From positions 2,371 to 66,370 of the forward strand of contig DASZVZ010000020.1 in the NCBI GenBank assembly GCA_035546875.1: DNA of 64,000 bases, in the 5' to 3' direction. Source of the DNA: Pseudolabrys sp. Its GTDB lineage: Bacteria > Pseudomonadota > Alphaproteobacteria > Rhizobiales > Xanthobacteraceae. Under the pieces are notes generated by a model that was not told the DNA's origin, made no database searches, and saw only the letters and a list, made by a program, of their open reading frames with translations. The translations under genes were made by a program, and so were the position numbers. This document shows positions 9,230-19,620 of the stretch, piece after piece; within the stretch, counting starts at the first letter, position 1, and the number at the start of each line of letters is the position of its first letter.

Positions 9230-10852
9230 TCAGGCACGTTCGATTTCGGCCTTGACCGCCGAAAGCGACTCAGGGGTGTCGACATCGGTGAGCGCCGCCG
9301 CGCCGGCGACCGGCACTTCCGCGACGGCCTCCACATAACTGCCGATCAGGTGCCGGGCGCCGATGTCGCCGCCGATCGCCATCAGGTCATGGAAGAAACG
9401 CCGCGCCCAGACGACCGGATTGCCGCGCCGCCCGTCGATTGTCGGCACCACGACCAGTGCGCCGCGCTCGGGATCGAACGCCGCCAGCAGCCGGTCGATC
9501 AGCGCGGCATCGACCTGCGGCATGTCGCCGAGGCAGACGATGGCGCCGTCGGCATTTTCCGGCACCGCCGCGATGCCGGCCTTCAGCGAGGTGCCGAGTC
9601 CTTCCGCGTAATCCGGATTGTGCACGAAGCGCACGTCGAGGCCCTTGAGCGCGCCTTCCACCTTCTCCTTCTCGTGTCCCGTCACGACGATCACCGGGCT
9701 CGCGTGCGAGGCGAGCGCCTGCTCGGCGGCGATGCGCACCAGCGGCTTGCCGCCGATCTCGGCGATCAGCTTGTTGATTGCGCCCATGCGCGTGGAGCGT
9801 CCGGCCGCGAGCACGACCGCGGCGATGCGGCGGCCTTTCTCCGGCGCGGGCTCCTCGCGCGGCTGCGGACGCGTCACGATCTCCATCAGGAGGCCGCCGA
9901 CGCCCATGCCGGTAATGTCTTCCCGCCCGACCGGAATGCCGGCAAGCATGCGCATCAGCACCCAGTCGAAACCGTTTTCCTTCGGCGAGCGCGCGCAGCC
10001 GGGCGCGCCGATCACCGGCAGGCCGCGCGCCTGCCCGATCAGCATCAGGTTGCCCGGATCGACCGGCATGCCGAAATGCTCGATGGTGCCGCCGACCGCT
10101 TCAACCGCCGCCGGGATGACGTCCCGCCGATCCGCAATCGCCGACGCGCCGAACACCACGGCCATCTCGGCGCCGGCCTTCATCACCTCGTCGATCGCCT
10201 TTGCAAGCGCCGCCTGTTCATGCGGCACGCGCCGCTCGGCCATGATGGTCGCGCCCGCCGGCGCGATGCGCTCGCTCATCACGCGCAAGGTCTTCTCGAC
10301 AACCTTCGTCGCAAGGCCGGGCAGCAACGTCGACACCACGCCGATCTTGCGCACCTTGTAGGGCGCGACGCGGATCACCGGCTTCGTCTTCGCAGCCTCG
10401 GCAAGCGCCTTGTCGCGCGCGGCCTTCTCGACCGCGAACGGAATGATCTTCACCGTCGCGATCATCTCGCCTTCCACCACCGGCTTGAACGCGGGCAGCG
10501 TCGCGAACGTCACCGCTTCGTCGACACGGTTGAGCCGGTCGACGGCGTCCTTGTCGATGACGAGTATGCCTGCCGTCTTGGCGAACAGATTGCAGCGCCC
10601 GGTGAACGCCCGATCGGTGCGCACGCCTTCGCCCGCAACCGCCGAAGCGATCTCGGCGGCGGCTTCGTCCTCCGAGACGTCGCCGGGCTCGAGACGGGCG
10701 ACCACGATCTCCTTCACGCCGGCCGCCTTGAGCGCCGCGACTTCCGCCGCGCGGATAACGGTGCCCTTTTTGAGCACCAGCTCACCCTGGCGGATGGAAT
10801 GCACCGCCGTGCCGCCGAGCGCCTGGTCGGGCGATACCGGACCGAATTTCAT
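9230..10852 (-). CDS. Molybdopterin-binding domain fused to a MobA/MocA-like nucleotidyltransferase (molybdenum cofactor cytidylyltransferase-like)
   Basis: ORF 9230..11170 trimmed to ATG 10852 (ATGA overlap with the XdhC stop). C-terminal half has AAVVLAAGRSTRMG...CLGDMP (MobA-like NTP transferase). N-terminal half is MoCF-biosynthesis-like. Confidence 0.75.
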   Translation of the reverse strand: MKFGPVSPDQALGGTAVHSIRQGELVLKKGTVIRAAEVAALKAAGVKEIVVARLEPGDVSEDEAAAEIASAVAGEGVRTDRAFTGRCNLFAKTAGILVIDKDAVDRLNRVDEAVTFATLPAFKPVVEGEMIATVKIIPFAVEKAARDKALAEAAKTKPVIRVAPYKVRKIGVVSTLLPGLATKVVEKTLRVMSERIAPAGATIMAERRVPHEQAALAKAIDEVMKAGAEMAVVFGASAIADRRDVIPAAVEAVGGTIEHFGMPVDPGNLMLIGQARGLPVIGAPGCARSPKENGFDWVLMRMLAGIPVGREDITGMGVGGLLMEIVTRPQPREEPAPEKGRRIAAVVLAAGRSTRMGAINKLIAEIGGKPLVRIAAEQALASHASPVIVVTGHEKEKVEGALKGLDVRFVHNPDYAEGLGTSLKAGIAAVPENADGAIVCLGDMPQVDAALIDRLLAAFDPERGALVVVPTIDGRRGNPVVWARRFFHDLMAIGGDIGARHLIGSYVEAVAEVPVAGAAALTDVDTPESLSAVKAEIERA

Positions 10853-11538
10853 GCGGCCTCCGCCGGCGCGTGCAGCCGCTCGGTGATCTCGCCCATGATG
10901 GCGACCGCGATCTCGGCCGGGGAAATCGCGCCGATGTCGAGGCCGATCGGCGCATGGATGCGCGCGATATCGGCGTCGGCAAGGCCCTTCTCCTTGAGCC
11001 GCGCGACGCGCTTGGCGTGCGTTTTCTTCGAACCGAGCGCGCCGATGTAGAAGCAGTCGCGCGACAGCGCATGCAGCAGCGCGGGATCGTCGATCTTCGG
11101 ATCGTGCGTAAGCGCGACGAAGGCGGTGTAATGGTCGATGTTGAGCGGCGGCAACGCGACATCCGGCCATTCCGCGATCACCTTGACGTCGGGGAAACGC
11201 TCGATCGAGGCAAATGCCGTGCGCGGGTCGACGATGGTCACGTCATAGCCGAGCAGTTGCCCGATCGGCGCCAACGCCTGGCTGATGTGCACCGCGCCGG
11301 TGATGACGAGCTTGGCCGAGGGCACATGCACGGTGAGGAACACGCGCCCCTGCGCCGTCTCTTCCATGCCGCTTTTCGCCATGCGCAGGCGTTTTTCCAG
11401 CGCGTCCTTGATCGGATCCTTCGCAATGTCCGCCGCCTTGACGAGCCGCTGCGCGCCGCTTGCGACGTCGGTCACGACAACGACCGCGCGGCGCGCCGCG
11501 CGCTCCTCGTTCAGCGTATGTAGCAGTGTGAGATCCAC
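10849..11538 (-). CDS. XdhC family accessory protein (Rossmann-type XdhC_C part)
   Basis: KLVITGAVHISQALAPIGQLLGYDVTIVDPR...YIGALGSKKTHAKR. Start assigned to GTG 11538 (overlaps the upstream TAG by 1 nt); start uncertain. Confidence 0.75.
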   Translation of the reverse strand: MDLTLLHTLNEERAARRAVVVVTDVASGAQRLVKAADIAKDPIKDALEKRLRMAKSGMEETAQGRVFLTVHVPSAKLVITGAVHISQALAPIGQLLGYDVTIVDPRTAFASIERFPDVKVIAEWPDVALPPLNIDHYTAFVALTHDPKIDDPALLHALSRDCFYIGALGSKKTHAKRVARLKEKGLADADIARIHAPIGLDIGAISPAEIAVAIMGEITERLHAPAEAA

Positions 11539-11861
11539 TATTTCACCTTCTCCACATAAACCCGGATCGTGCCGCCGCACGAGAGCCCGACGTTCCACGC
11601 CGTCTCGTCCGCAACGCCGAATTCCAGCATCTTCGGCTTGCCGCTGTCGATCACGTCAAGCGCCTCGGTCACCACCGCGCCCTCGACACAGCCGCCGGAC
11701 ACGCTGCCGAGAAAATTGCCCTCATCGTCGATCACCAGATTGGAGCCGACCGGCCTCGGCGCCGAGCCCCAGGTCTCGACTACCGTCGCGAGCGCCACGC
11801 CGCGCCCGCTTTTCCGCCAGTCTTCGGCCGCTTTGAGAATGTCTTCATCGCGCGAAAGCAT
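11538..11861 (-). CDS. XdhC/CoxI N-terminal-domain protein (stand-alone)
   Basis: 107 aa, ALATVVETWGSAPRPVGSNLVI...GSVSGGCVE motif. Confidence 0.8.
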   Translation of the reverse strand: MLSRDEDILKAAEDWRKSGRGVALATVVETWGSAPRPVGSNLVIDDEGNFLGSVSGGCVEGAVVTEALDVIDSGKPKMLEFGVADETAWNVGLSCGGTIRVYVEKVK

Positions 11862-11889
11862 TGTCTGTCTCCATTCTCTCCTTGGTCAT

Positions 11890-11957
11890 GGCCGGCTTAT
11901 CCCGGCCCTCCACGCCTTAGCTAGGAAGACGTGGATGCCCGGCACAAGGCCGGGCAT
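11890..11957. repeat. Pair of GC-rich REP-like hairpins (GGCCGG-N6-CCGGCC; ATGCCCGGC-N5-GCCGGGCAT)
   Basis: Stems read directly. Fills the coxE-xdhC intergenic gap. Confidence 0.6.
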
Positions 11958-11965
11958 GACAGATG

Positions 11966-13222
11966 CTACGCCACCTTGTTCAGCCACGCCTTCGGATCGT
12001 GGTCGCGCGCGCTCATGTGCGACAAGGCGCGCACCAATTCTCGCATGGACTCCAGATTGTGGATCGGCCGCAATTCGTCAACGTGCGGCAAAATGGTCTT
12101 CACGCCCTTGGCGCGCGCCTCGAAGCCCTCAAAGCGCAACAGCGGATTGAGCCAGATCAGCCGCCGGCACGAGCGATGCAGCCGGTCGATCTCGAAGGCG
12201 AGCGTATCGTCGGCGTCGCGCTCGAGCCCGTCGGTAATCAGCAGCACGACCGCGCCCTGCGTCAGCACGCGGCGCGCCCATTGCTTGTTGAACGTATGCA
12301 GCGAGGTCGCGATGCGCGTGCCGCCCGACCAGTCGGCGACATTGGCCGAGCAGGCCGCGAGCGCTTCGTCCGGATCGCGATGCTTGAGCGCGCGGGTCAC
12401 GTTGGTGAGCCGCGTGCCGAACAGAAACGTCGTCACGCGCTTGCGCGCATCGGTGACCGCGTGCAGGAAGTGCAGGAACAGCCGCGTGTATTGACTCATC
12501 GAGCCTGAAATATCGAGCAGCGCGACGATCGGCGGCTCCTTCGTCTTCGGCCCGAGATACTTGAGATCGATCACCGCCCCACCCGCCTTCATGCTGGCGC
12601 GCAGCGTGCGGCGCACGTCGATGATGTGACCGCGCCGGTTGGGCGCGAGCCGCCGCGTGCGCACCTCGTCGAGCGGCAACACCAGCCCGGCGATCGCGTC
12701 TTTCGCCGACGCGATTTCGGCCGCACTCATTTGCGCGAAGTCCTTCCTCTGCAACACCTCGCGATCCGATACCGTCAGCCGCGCATCGATCTCGACCTCG
12801 GATTTGTCGCGCTCGCGCTCGCCTAGGCCCGCAAACAAGGCTTCCTGCACCCGCTGGGTGCCGGGCGGCGGCGCTTTCGCCGCATCGGCCGGCGCCTGCG
12901 GCAGCATCATCGCGATCAGTTTGTCGATGAAGGCGCGCTTGCGGAAGAAAAGCCTGAACGCCTGATCGAACAGCACCGAATGTTCGTGCCGCTTCACGAA
13001 GACGGCGTGCAGCGTCCAGTAGAAATCGTCGCGCGAGCCGACCTGCGCGACCTTGACCGCTTCCAATGCATCGAGCACCGCGCCCGGCCCAACCGGCAGC
13101 CCGGCCGCGCGCAGCGCGCGCGCGAAATAGACGATGTTTTCGGCAAGGCGGCCGTCTTTCTTCTCCCTCTCTCCTTGAGTGAGAGAGTTGGGGTGAGCGG
13201 GAAGCGATCTATCGGTCATCAA
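11966..13222 (-). CDS. coxE: VWA domain protein, CoxE-like
   Basis: MIDAS motif LLDISGSMSQY. Conserved N-terminal IVYFARALRAAGLPVG. Follows the MoxR ATPase gene. Confidence 0.85.
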   Translation of the reverse strand: MMTDRSLPAHPNSLTQGEREKKDGRLAENIVYFARALRAAGLPVGPGAVLDALEAVKVAQVGSRDDFYWTLHAVFVKRHEHSVLFDQAFRLFFRKRAFIDKLIAMMLPQAPADAAKAPPPGTQRVQEALFAGLGERERDKSEVEIDARLTVSDREVLQRKDFAQMSAAEIASAKDAIAGLVLPLDEVRTRRLAPNRRGHIIDVRRTLRASMKAGGAVIDLKYLGPKTKEPPIVALLDISGSMSQYTRLFLHFLHAVTDARKRVTTFLFGTRLTNVTRALKHRDPDEALAACSANVADWSGGTRIATSLHTFNKQWARRVLTQGAVVLLITDGLERDADDTLAFEIDRLHRSCRRLIWLNPLLRFEGFEARAKGVKTILPHVDELRPIHNLESMRELVRALSHMSARDHDPKAWLNKVA

Positions 13223-13269
13223 TCAAATCAGCTCCCAAGCTCCTCAGGCGGATCGCTTCGCGCGCGGGC

Positions 13270-14190
13270 CTACTCCGCCGCCCGCAGCTCCGACTTCACT
13301 TCCTCAAGCAACGTTTTCACCTTGCTGCCGTCGAGGCGCGCGATGTCGTCCTGATATTTGAGCAGCGCCCCGAGCGTGTCGGATACCGTCGCCGGATCGA
13401 GCGCCACCACGTCGAGTTCGGTGAGCGCACCGGCCCAGTCGAGCGTCTCGGCGACGCCGGGCGACTTGAACAGATCTTCCTTGCGCAGCGCCTGCACGAA
13501 GGCGACCACCTGTTCGGACAATTTCTTGCCGATGCCCGGCACTTTCGCGCGCAGGATCTTCAATTCACGCTCGGCGGTCGGATAGCCGACCCAGTGGTAG
13601 AGGCAGCGGCGCTTGAGCGCGTCGTGCACCTCGCGCGTGCGGTTCGACGTCACGACGACGATCGGCGGACGCTCGGCCTTGACCGTGCCGAGTTCTGGCA
13701 CCGTCACCTGGAAATCGGCGAGCACTTCGAGAAGAAAAGCCTCGAACGCTTCGTCGGTGCGGTCGATCTCGTCGATCAGCAGCACGGGCGGGCCGTCGGG
13801 ATCCGGCTCGAGCGCCTGTAACAGCGGCCGCTTGATCAAAAAGCGTTCGGAGAAAACGTCGTGCTCGATGCGCTCCTTGTCGCCCTCGCCTTCCGCTTCG
13901 GCGAGACGAATGGCGATCATCTGCGCGCCGTAATTCCATTCGTAAACGGCGGCGGCGACGTCGAGGCCCTCGTAGCATTGCAGGCGGATCAGCCGGCGCC
14001 CGAGCGCCTGCGCCAGCACCTTGGCGATCTCGGTCTTGCCGACGCCCGCCTCGCCTTCGAGAAACAGCGGACGGCCCATGCGCAGGGCGAGAAAGAGGAC
14101 GGTCGCGAGCGAGCGGTCGGCGATGTAATCGGCCCCGCTCAAGAGTTCGAGGGTGGCGTCGATCGAGGCCGGAATTGACTTACCTGGCAT
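13270..14190 (-). CDS. coxD: MoxR-type AAA+ ATPase, CoxD-like
   Basis: Walker A GEAGVGKT and Walker B LLIDEIDR. Confidence 0.9.
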   Translation of the reverse strand: MPGKSIPASIDATLELLSGADYIADRSLATVLFLALRMGRPLFLEGEAGVGKTEIAKVLAQALGRRLIRLQCYEGLDVAAAVYEWNYGAQMIAIRLAEAEGEGDKERIEHDVFSERFLIKRPLLQALEPDPDGPPVLLIDEIDRTDEAFEAFLLEVLADFQVTVPELGTVKAERPPIVVVTSNRTREVHDALKRRCLYHWVGYPTAERELKILRAKVPGIGKKLSEQVVAFVQALRKEDLFKSPGVAETLDWAGALTELDVVALDPATVSDTLGALLKYQDDIARLDGSKVKTLLEEVKSELRAAE

Positions 14191-14282
14191 TGGCTTCCCT
14201 GGTGTTTCCGGGACTTTATCCTAGCGCAGCGGGGTCTTACATGTGGGTATTCATGCGCCCAGAAGCCACCTAGGATGCGTCC

Positions 14283-14807
14283 ATGTCAAAGCCCGAAACG
14301 CTGGAAAAAGAAGCCCTGCGCCTGCCCACCATCGATCCGCGCGTGCGTATCGGCCATGTGCATCTGAAGGTCGCCGACCTTCAGCGCGCGCTCGATTTTT
14401 ACTGCGGCGTGCTCGGCTTCGAATTGACCACGAGCCGGCCCGGCGCGGCCTTCATCTCCGCCGGCGGCTATCACCATCACCTCGGCCTCAATACGTGGGA
14501 AAGCCTCGGCGGCTCGCCGCCACCTCCCGGTACCACCGGCCTCTATCACACGGCGATCCTCTACCCGACGCGGCGGCTCCTGGCCGACGCGCTCAAGCGT
14601 CTGATCGTCGCCAAGATCCCGCTCGAAGGCGCAAGCGACCACGGCGTCAGCGAAGCGCTTTACCTGCGCGATCCGGACGACAACGGCGTCGAGCTTTATT
14701 GGGACCGGCCGCAAGAGATGTGGCCGAAGCGGCCAGACGGCGGCCTGCGGATGTACACCAATCCGCTCGACCTGCATGACCTGCTGGCGGAGCTGGACCG
14801 AAAATAA
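14283..14807 (+). CDS. VOC/glyoxalase-family (extradiol dioxygenase-like) protein
   Basis: IGHVHLKVADLQRALDFYCGVLGF...HHHLGLNTW...ALYLRDPDDNGVELY. Confidence 0.8.
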   Translation: MSKPETLEKEALRLPTIDPRVRIGHVHLKVADLQRALDFYCGVLGFELTTSRPGAAFISAGGYHHHLGLNTWESLGGSPPPPGTTGLYHTAILYPTRRLLADALKRLIVAKIPLEGASDHGVSEALYLRDPDDNGVELYWDRPQEMWPKRPDGGLRMYTNPLDLHDLLAELDRK

Positions 14808-14995
14808 CTGTCATGTCGAAGCGCGGCTAAATGACCGCGAACCGGAATCCATCTACGCGAAAATGGGAGACGCGCCCAACGCCCTGCTCGCGCAATTCAG
14901 CGACAAGGAGCTCGCGGTGATTCTGAGCTTCCTCAAAAAAGCAAACGACACGCAGCCGTAAAGCCGCGTGCCGTGAATTCCTTCGGACGAGCCGC

Positions 14996-15796
14996 TTAGG
15001 CCGTCGCCTTGGCCACCGCGCGGCGCGCAAGCACGCCGACGAGATGCGCGCGATATTCCGCGCCCGCATGGATGTCGGAGTTCATTCCGGTCGCCGGAAT
15101 GGTCATGCCCTCGAGCGATTTCGCCGCGAAGCGCTTCTTCAGCGCCTCCTCGAACGATTTCACGCGGAAGACGCCGTTCGCGCCGGCGCCGGTTACGGCG
15201 ACACGGATGTCCGAGCCGCGCTTCGACACGAACACGCCGACCAGCGCGAAGCCCGACGCCGGATGCTTGAACTTCACGTAGGCCGCTTTCTTGGCGATCG
15301 GGAAGCTCACCTTGGTGATGATCTCGCCGTCCTCGAGCGCGGTCGAAAACATGCCGGTGAAGAAATCGTCGGCCGCGATCTTGCGCTTGTTGGTGATGAT
15401 GGTGGCGCCGAGGCCGAGGCACGCCGCCGGATAATCCGCGTTCGGATCGTTGTTGGCGATCGAGCCGCCGATCGTGCCCCAGTTGCGCACCTGCGGATCG
15501 CCGATCGAGCCGGGAACTTCGGCAAGCCCCGGCAACGCCTGCTGCATCACCGGCGAATTGGCGACGTCGGCATGGCGCGTCATCGCGCCGACCACGACCG
15601 AGCGCCCTTTGAGCTCGACGCCGGCAAGACCCTCGACCTTCGACAGGTCGATGATCGCCGACGGCTGCGCCAGCCGCTGCTTCATCACGGGGATGAGCGA
15701 GTGACCGCCTGCGAGCAGTTTGCCGTCGGGATTTTTCGCCAGCAGGCCCGCCGCCTGGCGGACCGTGGTGGGCCGATGGAAAGTGAAATTGTACAT
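14996..15796 (-). CDS. coxM: FAD-binding medium subunit of a CODH/xanthine dehydrogenase-family molybdoenzyme
   Basis: Track ORF 14996..16786 trimmed to ATG 15796 (MYNFTFHRP...LLAGGHSLIPVMK). Confidence 0.9.
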   Translation of the reverse strand: MYNFTFHRPTTVRQAAGLLAKNPDGKLLAGGHSLIPVMKQRLAQPSAIIDLSKVEGLAGVELKGRSVVVGAMTRHADVANSPVMQQALPGLAEVPGSIGDPQVRNWGTIGGSIANNDPNADYPAACLGLGATIITNKRKIAADDFFTGMFSTALEDGEIITKVSFPIAKKAAYVKFKHPASGFALVGVFVSKRGSDIRVAVTGAGANGVFRVKSFEEALKKRFAAKSLEGMTIPATGMNSDIHAGAEYRAHLVGVLARRAVAKATA

Positions 15797-15807
15797 GTGT
15801 CTCTCCG

Positions 15808-18177
15808 TTATTCCGCCGCCTTGCGTGCAGCGGGTGTCCGCTGCAGCGCCGACCAGACGGCACTCGCCGTCGCCGGCATGGAAATTTGTTCGGATCCGAT
15901 GGCGTCGGTGATCGCGTTGATCACCGCCGCCGGCGCCGCGATCGCGCCCGCCTCGCCGCAACCCTTGATGCCGAGCGGATTGGACGGCGATTTCGTTTCG
16001 GTGAGCCCGACGTTGAACGACGGGAGATTGTGCGCGCGCGGCATGGTGTAATCCATGAGCGAGCCGGTCACGAGCTGCCCGTCCTTGTCGTAAACCGCGC
16101 CTTCGAGCAGCGCCTGGCCGACTCCCTGCGCGATGCCGCCGTGCACCTGCCCCTCGACGATCATCGGATTGATCACCGTGCCGAAGTCGTCGACCGCGGT
16201 CCAGCCGACGATCTCGGTGTTGCCGGTCTCGATGTCCACTTCGACCTCGCAGATATGGCAACCGGCCGGGAACGTGAAGTTGGTCGGATCGTAGAACGAC
16301 GTCTCCTTCAGGCCGGGCTCGAGCTCCTGGCCCGCGAACTTGTGCGCGATGTAGGCATTGAGCGCGACGTCGCCCCAGGCCGCCGTCTTGTCGGTGCCGG
16401 CGACGCTGAACTTGCCGTCCTTGAACTCGATGTCGCCTTCCGCCGCCTCCAGCATGTGCGCGGCGACCTTCTTCGCCTTGGCCTCGATCTTGTCGAGCGC
16501 CTTCACGATCGCCGACATGCCGACCGCGCCGGAGCGCGAGCCGTACGTGCCCATGCCGAACTGCACCTTGTCGGTGTCGCCGTGCACGATCGAGACGTTC
16601 TCGAACGGGATGCCGAGCCGCTCGGACACGAGCTGCGCGAACGTCGTCTCGTGGCCCTGTCCGTGCGCGTGCGTGCCGGTGAGCACTTCGACGCTGCCGG
16701 TCGGGTTGACGCGAACTTCCGCCGACTCCCACAGGCCGACGCCGCAACCGAGCGAGCCGACCGCCTGCGACGGCGCGATGCCGCACGCCTCGATGTAGGT
16801 CGAGTAGCCGATGCCGCGCAGCTTGCCGTTGCGAGCGCTCTCGCGCTTGCGCTTGCCGATCCCCTTCACGTCGGCAAGCTCCATCGCCTTCTTGAGCGAC
16901 GCGTTATAGTCGCCCGCGTCGTAGGCCATGATCACCGGCGTCTGGTGCGGGAACGACTTGATGAAGTTGCGCTTGCGCAATTCGGCGGGCTCGATGCCTA
17001 TCTCGCGCGCGGCGACCTCGACCAGCCGCTCGACCACGAAGGTCGCTTCCGGCCGGCCCGCCCCGCGATAGGCGTCGACCGGCACGGTGTTGGTGTAGAC
17101 CGCATCGACCTCGCAATAGATTTGCGGGATGTCGTACTGGCCCGACAGCAGCGTGCCGTAGAGATAGGTCGGCACCGACGACGAGAACGTCGACATGTAG
17201 GCGCCGAGATTGGCGATCGTTTTCGCGCGCAGCGCGAGGATCTTGCCGTTGCCGTCGAGCGCAAGCTCGGCGTGCGTGACGTGATCGCGGCCGTGCGCGT
17301 CGGTCAGGAACGACTCCGAGCGCTCCGCCGTCCACTTCACCGGGCGCCCGACCTTGCGCGAGGCCCACAGGCAGACGACCTCCTCCGGATAGATGAAAAT
17401 TTTCGAACCGAAGCCGCCGCCGACATCCGGCGCGATGACGCGCAGCTTGTGCTCTGGCGCCATGCCGACGAAGGCGGCGATCACAAGCCGCGCGACGTGC
17501 GGGTTCTGCGACGTGTTCCAGAGCGTGAGCTGATCGGTGCCGGAGTCGTACTCGGCGAGCGCGGCGCGCGGTTCGATCGCATTCGGCACCAGGCGATTGT
17601 TGATGAGGTCGAGCCGCGTCACGTGCTTGGCCTGCGCAAAGGCGGCTTCGACCGCCTTCTGGTCGCCAAGATGCCACTGGTAGATCGTGTTGTTCGGCGC
17701 CACCTCGTGGATCTGCGGGGCGCCCTTGCCCTGCGCCTTGCCCGGATCGACGACGGCGGGCAACGGCTCGTAATCGACCTTCACCTTTTCAGCCGCGTCG
17801 CGCCCTTGCGCCTTCGTTTCCGCGATCACGACCGCGACCGCGTCGCCGACGTGATTGACGGACGTCGCGGCGAGCGCCGGGTGCGGCGCCATCTTCATCG
17901 GCGAGCCGTCCTTGGAGTGGATCATCCAGCCGCAGATGAGATTGCCGATCTTGTCGTTGGCAAGCTCCGCGCCGGTGAGCACCGCGACGACGCCCGGCAT
18001 CTTCTTCGCTTCGTTGACGTCGATGCTTTTGATTTTCGCGCGCGCATGCGGCGAGCGCACGAACACGGCGCGCGTCTCGCCGGGGCGGATCACGTCGTCG
18101 GTGTACTGGCCCTTGCCGGTGATGAAACGGAGGTCTTCCTTGCGGCGCACCGCTGCGCCGATTCCGGTCGCGCTCAT
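15808..18177 (-). CDS. coxL: Molybdopterin-binding large subunit, form-II CoxL-like
   Basis: 789 aa. Active-site loop reads AYRGAGR (17053..17073), not the form-I VAYRCSFR. Confidence 0.9.
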   Translation of the reverse strand: MSATGIGAAVRRKEDLRFITGKGQYTDDVIRPGETRAVFVRSPHARAKIKSIDVNEAKKMPGVVAVLTGAELANDKIGNLICGWMIHSKDGSPMKMAPHPALAATSVNHVGDAVAVVIAETKAQGRDAAEKVKVDYEPLPAVVDPGKAQGKGAPQIHEVAPNNTIYQWHLGDQKAVEAAFAQAKHVTRLDLINNRLVPNAIEPRAALAEYDSGTDQLTLWNTSQNPHVARLVIAAFVGMAPEHKLRVIAPDVGGGFGSKIFIYPEEVVCLWASRKVGRPVKWTAERSESFLTDAHGRDHVTHAELALDGNGKILALRAKTIANLGAYMSTFSSSVPTYLYGTLLSGQYDIPQIYCEVDAVYTNTVPVDAYRGAGRPEATFVVERLVEVAAREIGIEPAELRKRNFIKSFPHQTPVIMAYDAGDYNASLKKAMELADVKGIGKRKRESARNGKLRGIGYSTYIEACGIAPSQAVGSLGCGVGLWESAEVRVNPTGSVEVLTGTHAHGQGHETTFAQLVSERLGIPFENVSIVHGDTDKVQFGMGTYGSRSGAVGMSAIVKALDKIEAKAKKVAAHMLEAAEGDIEFKDGKFSVAGTDKTAAWGDVALNAYIAHKFAGQELEPGLKETSFYDPTNFTFPAGCHICEVEVDIETGNTEIVGWTAVDDFGTVINPMIVEGQVHGGIAQGVGQALLEGAVYDKDGQLVTGSLMDYTMPRAHNLPSFNVGLTETKSPSNPLGIKGCGEAGAIAAPAAVINAITDAIGSEQISMPATASAVWSALQRTPAARKAAE

Positions 18178-18208
18178 AGCGGTCTCCTCCCGAATTTTTC
18201 CAGCGACG

Positions 18209-18706
<498 letters not shown>

Positions 18707-19020
18707 AACTTCCTCCCAAATTCGGGGCCGAAGGCCCACTTTTAGCCTTGCCCGCGAGGGGCGGCGGCATTTCGGGGCCGAAATCTAGCCGAATTCGCCC
18801 CGAACGCGCTTTTGAACCGAAATAAGTCTGAACCCTGCCTGCGGGCGCGGTCAAGGCGCTTGCCGCCGCATGTTTGCTCAAACCGCAGTGATCGGGGCGC
18901 TCGGCAGCAGGCGGCGGCGCGCCGAAACGGCGGCGGGCGCAAGGCATTGGCGGGAACGGCGCACGTTCAGCGCGAAGATGAAACGGCCGCCTACGGGCCG
19001 CCCAGGACCGCCGCAGGCGC

Positions 19021-19470
19021 TCAGCCGCCGCCGACGTTCTTTGCGAAATTGGCGAAGAACTCGTCGGCCACCTTCTTGGCCGCGCCGTTGACCAGCCGCT
19101 GCCCCAACTGGGCGAGCTTGCCGCCGATCTGCGCTTCGACGTTGTAGGTGAGCAGCGTGCCGCCATCCTTGTCAGCGAGTTTCACCGTCGCGCCGCCTTT
19201 GGCAAAGCCGGCCACGCCGCCGTCACCCTGCCCGGAGATCTTGCAGCCGTTCGGCGGATCAAGATCGGTCAGTTGCACATTGCCTTTGAAGCGCGCCTTC
19301 ACCGGTCCGATCTTGGTGACGGCGACCGCCTGGAATTCGGTGTCGGAGGTTTTGTTGAGCTCCTCGCAGCCGGGGATGCAGGCCTTGAGCGTCTCGGGGT
19401 CGTTGAGCTTTTCCCATACCGTTGCGCGCGGCGCAGGAAGCTGCACCTCGCCCGTCATCGTCATAGCCAT
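19021..19470 (-). CDS. coxG: SRPBCC-fold CoxG-like protein
   Basis: 149 aa, typical CoxG sequence (PRATVWEKLNDPETLKACIPGCE...). GAGGAGA SD. Confidence 0.85.
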   Translation of the reverse strand: MAMTMTGEVQLPAPRATVWEKLNDPETLKACIPGCEELNKTSDTEFQAVAVTKIGPVKARFKGNVQLTDLDPPNGCKISGQGDGGVAGFAKGGATVKLADKDGGTLLTYNVEAQIGGKLAQLGQRLVNGAAKKVADEFFANFAKNVGGG

Positions 19471-19620
19471 GGCTCTTGTCTCCTCGGCGCCCGCGGGCTC
19501 GCGCTAGGACTTAAGCGCTCTTGTCGGCCCTGAAAAGAGCTTTGCAGCAAGCACCGCGGGCTTTAATTGTTCTGCGGTTGCCCGCCTGTGATCAATGACA
19601 AGGGCCAAGGGAGGAATTTC

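Noticed and set aside
9197-11050. 617-aa plus-strand ORF
   Set aside because: Antisense to the MoCF-binding::MocA fusion and XdhC genes; Arg/His-rich nonsense composition.
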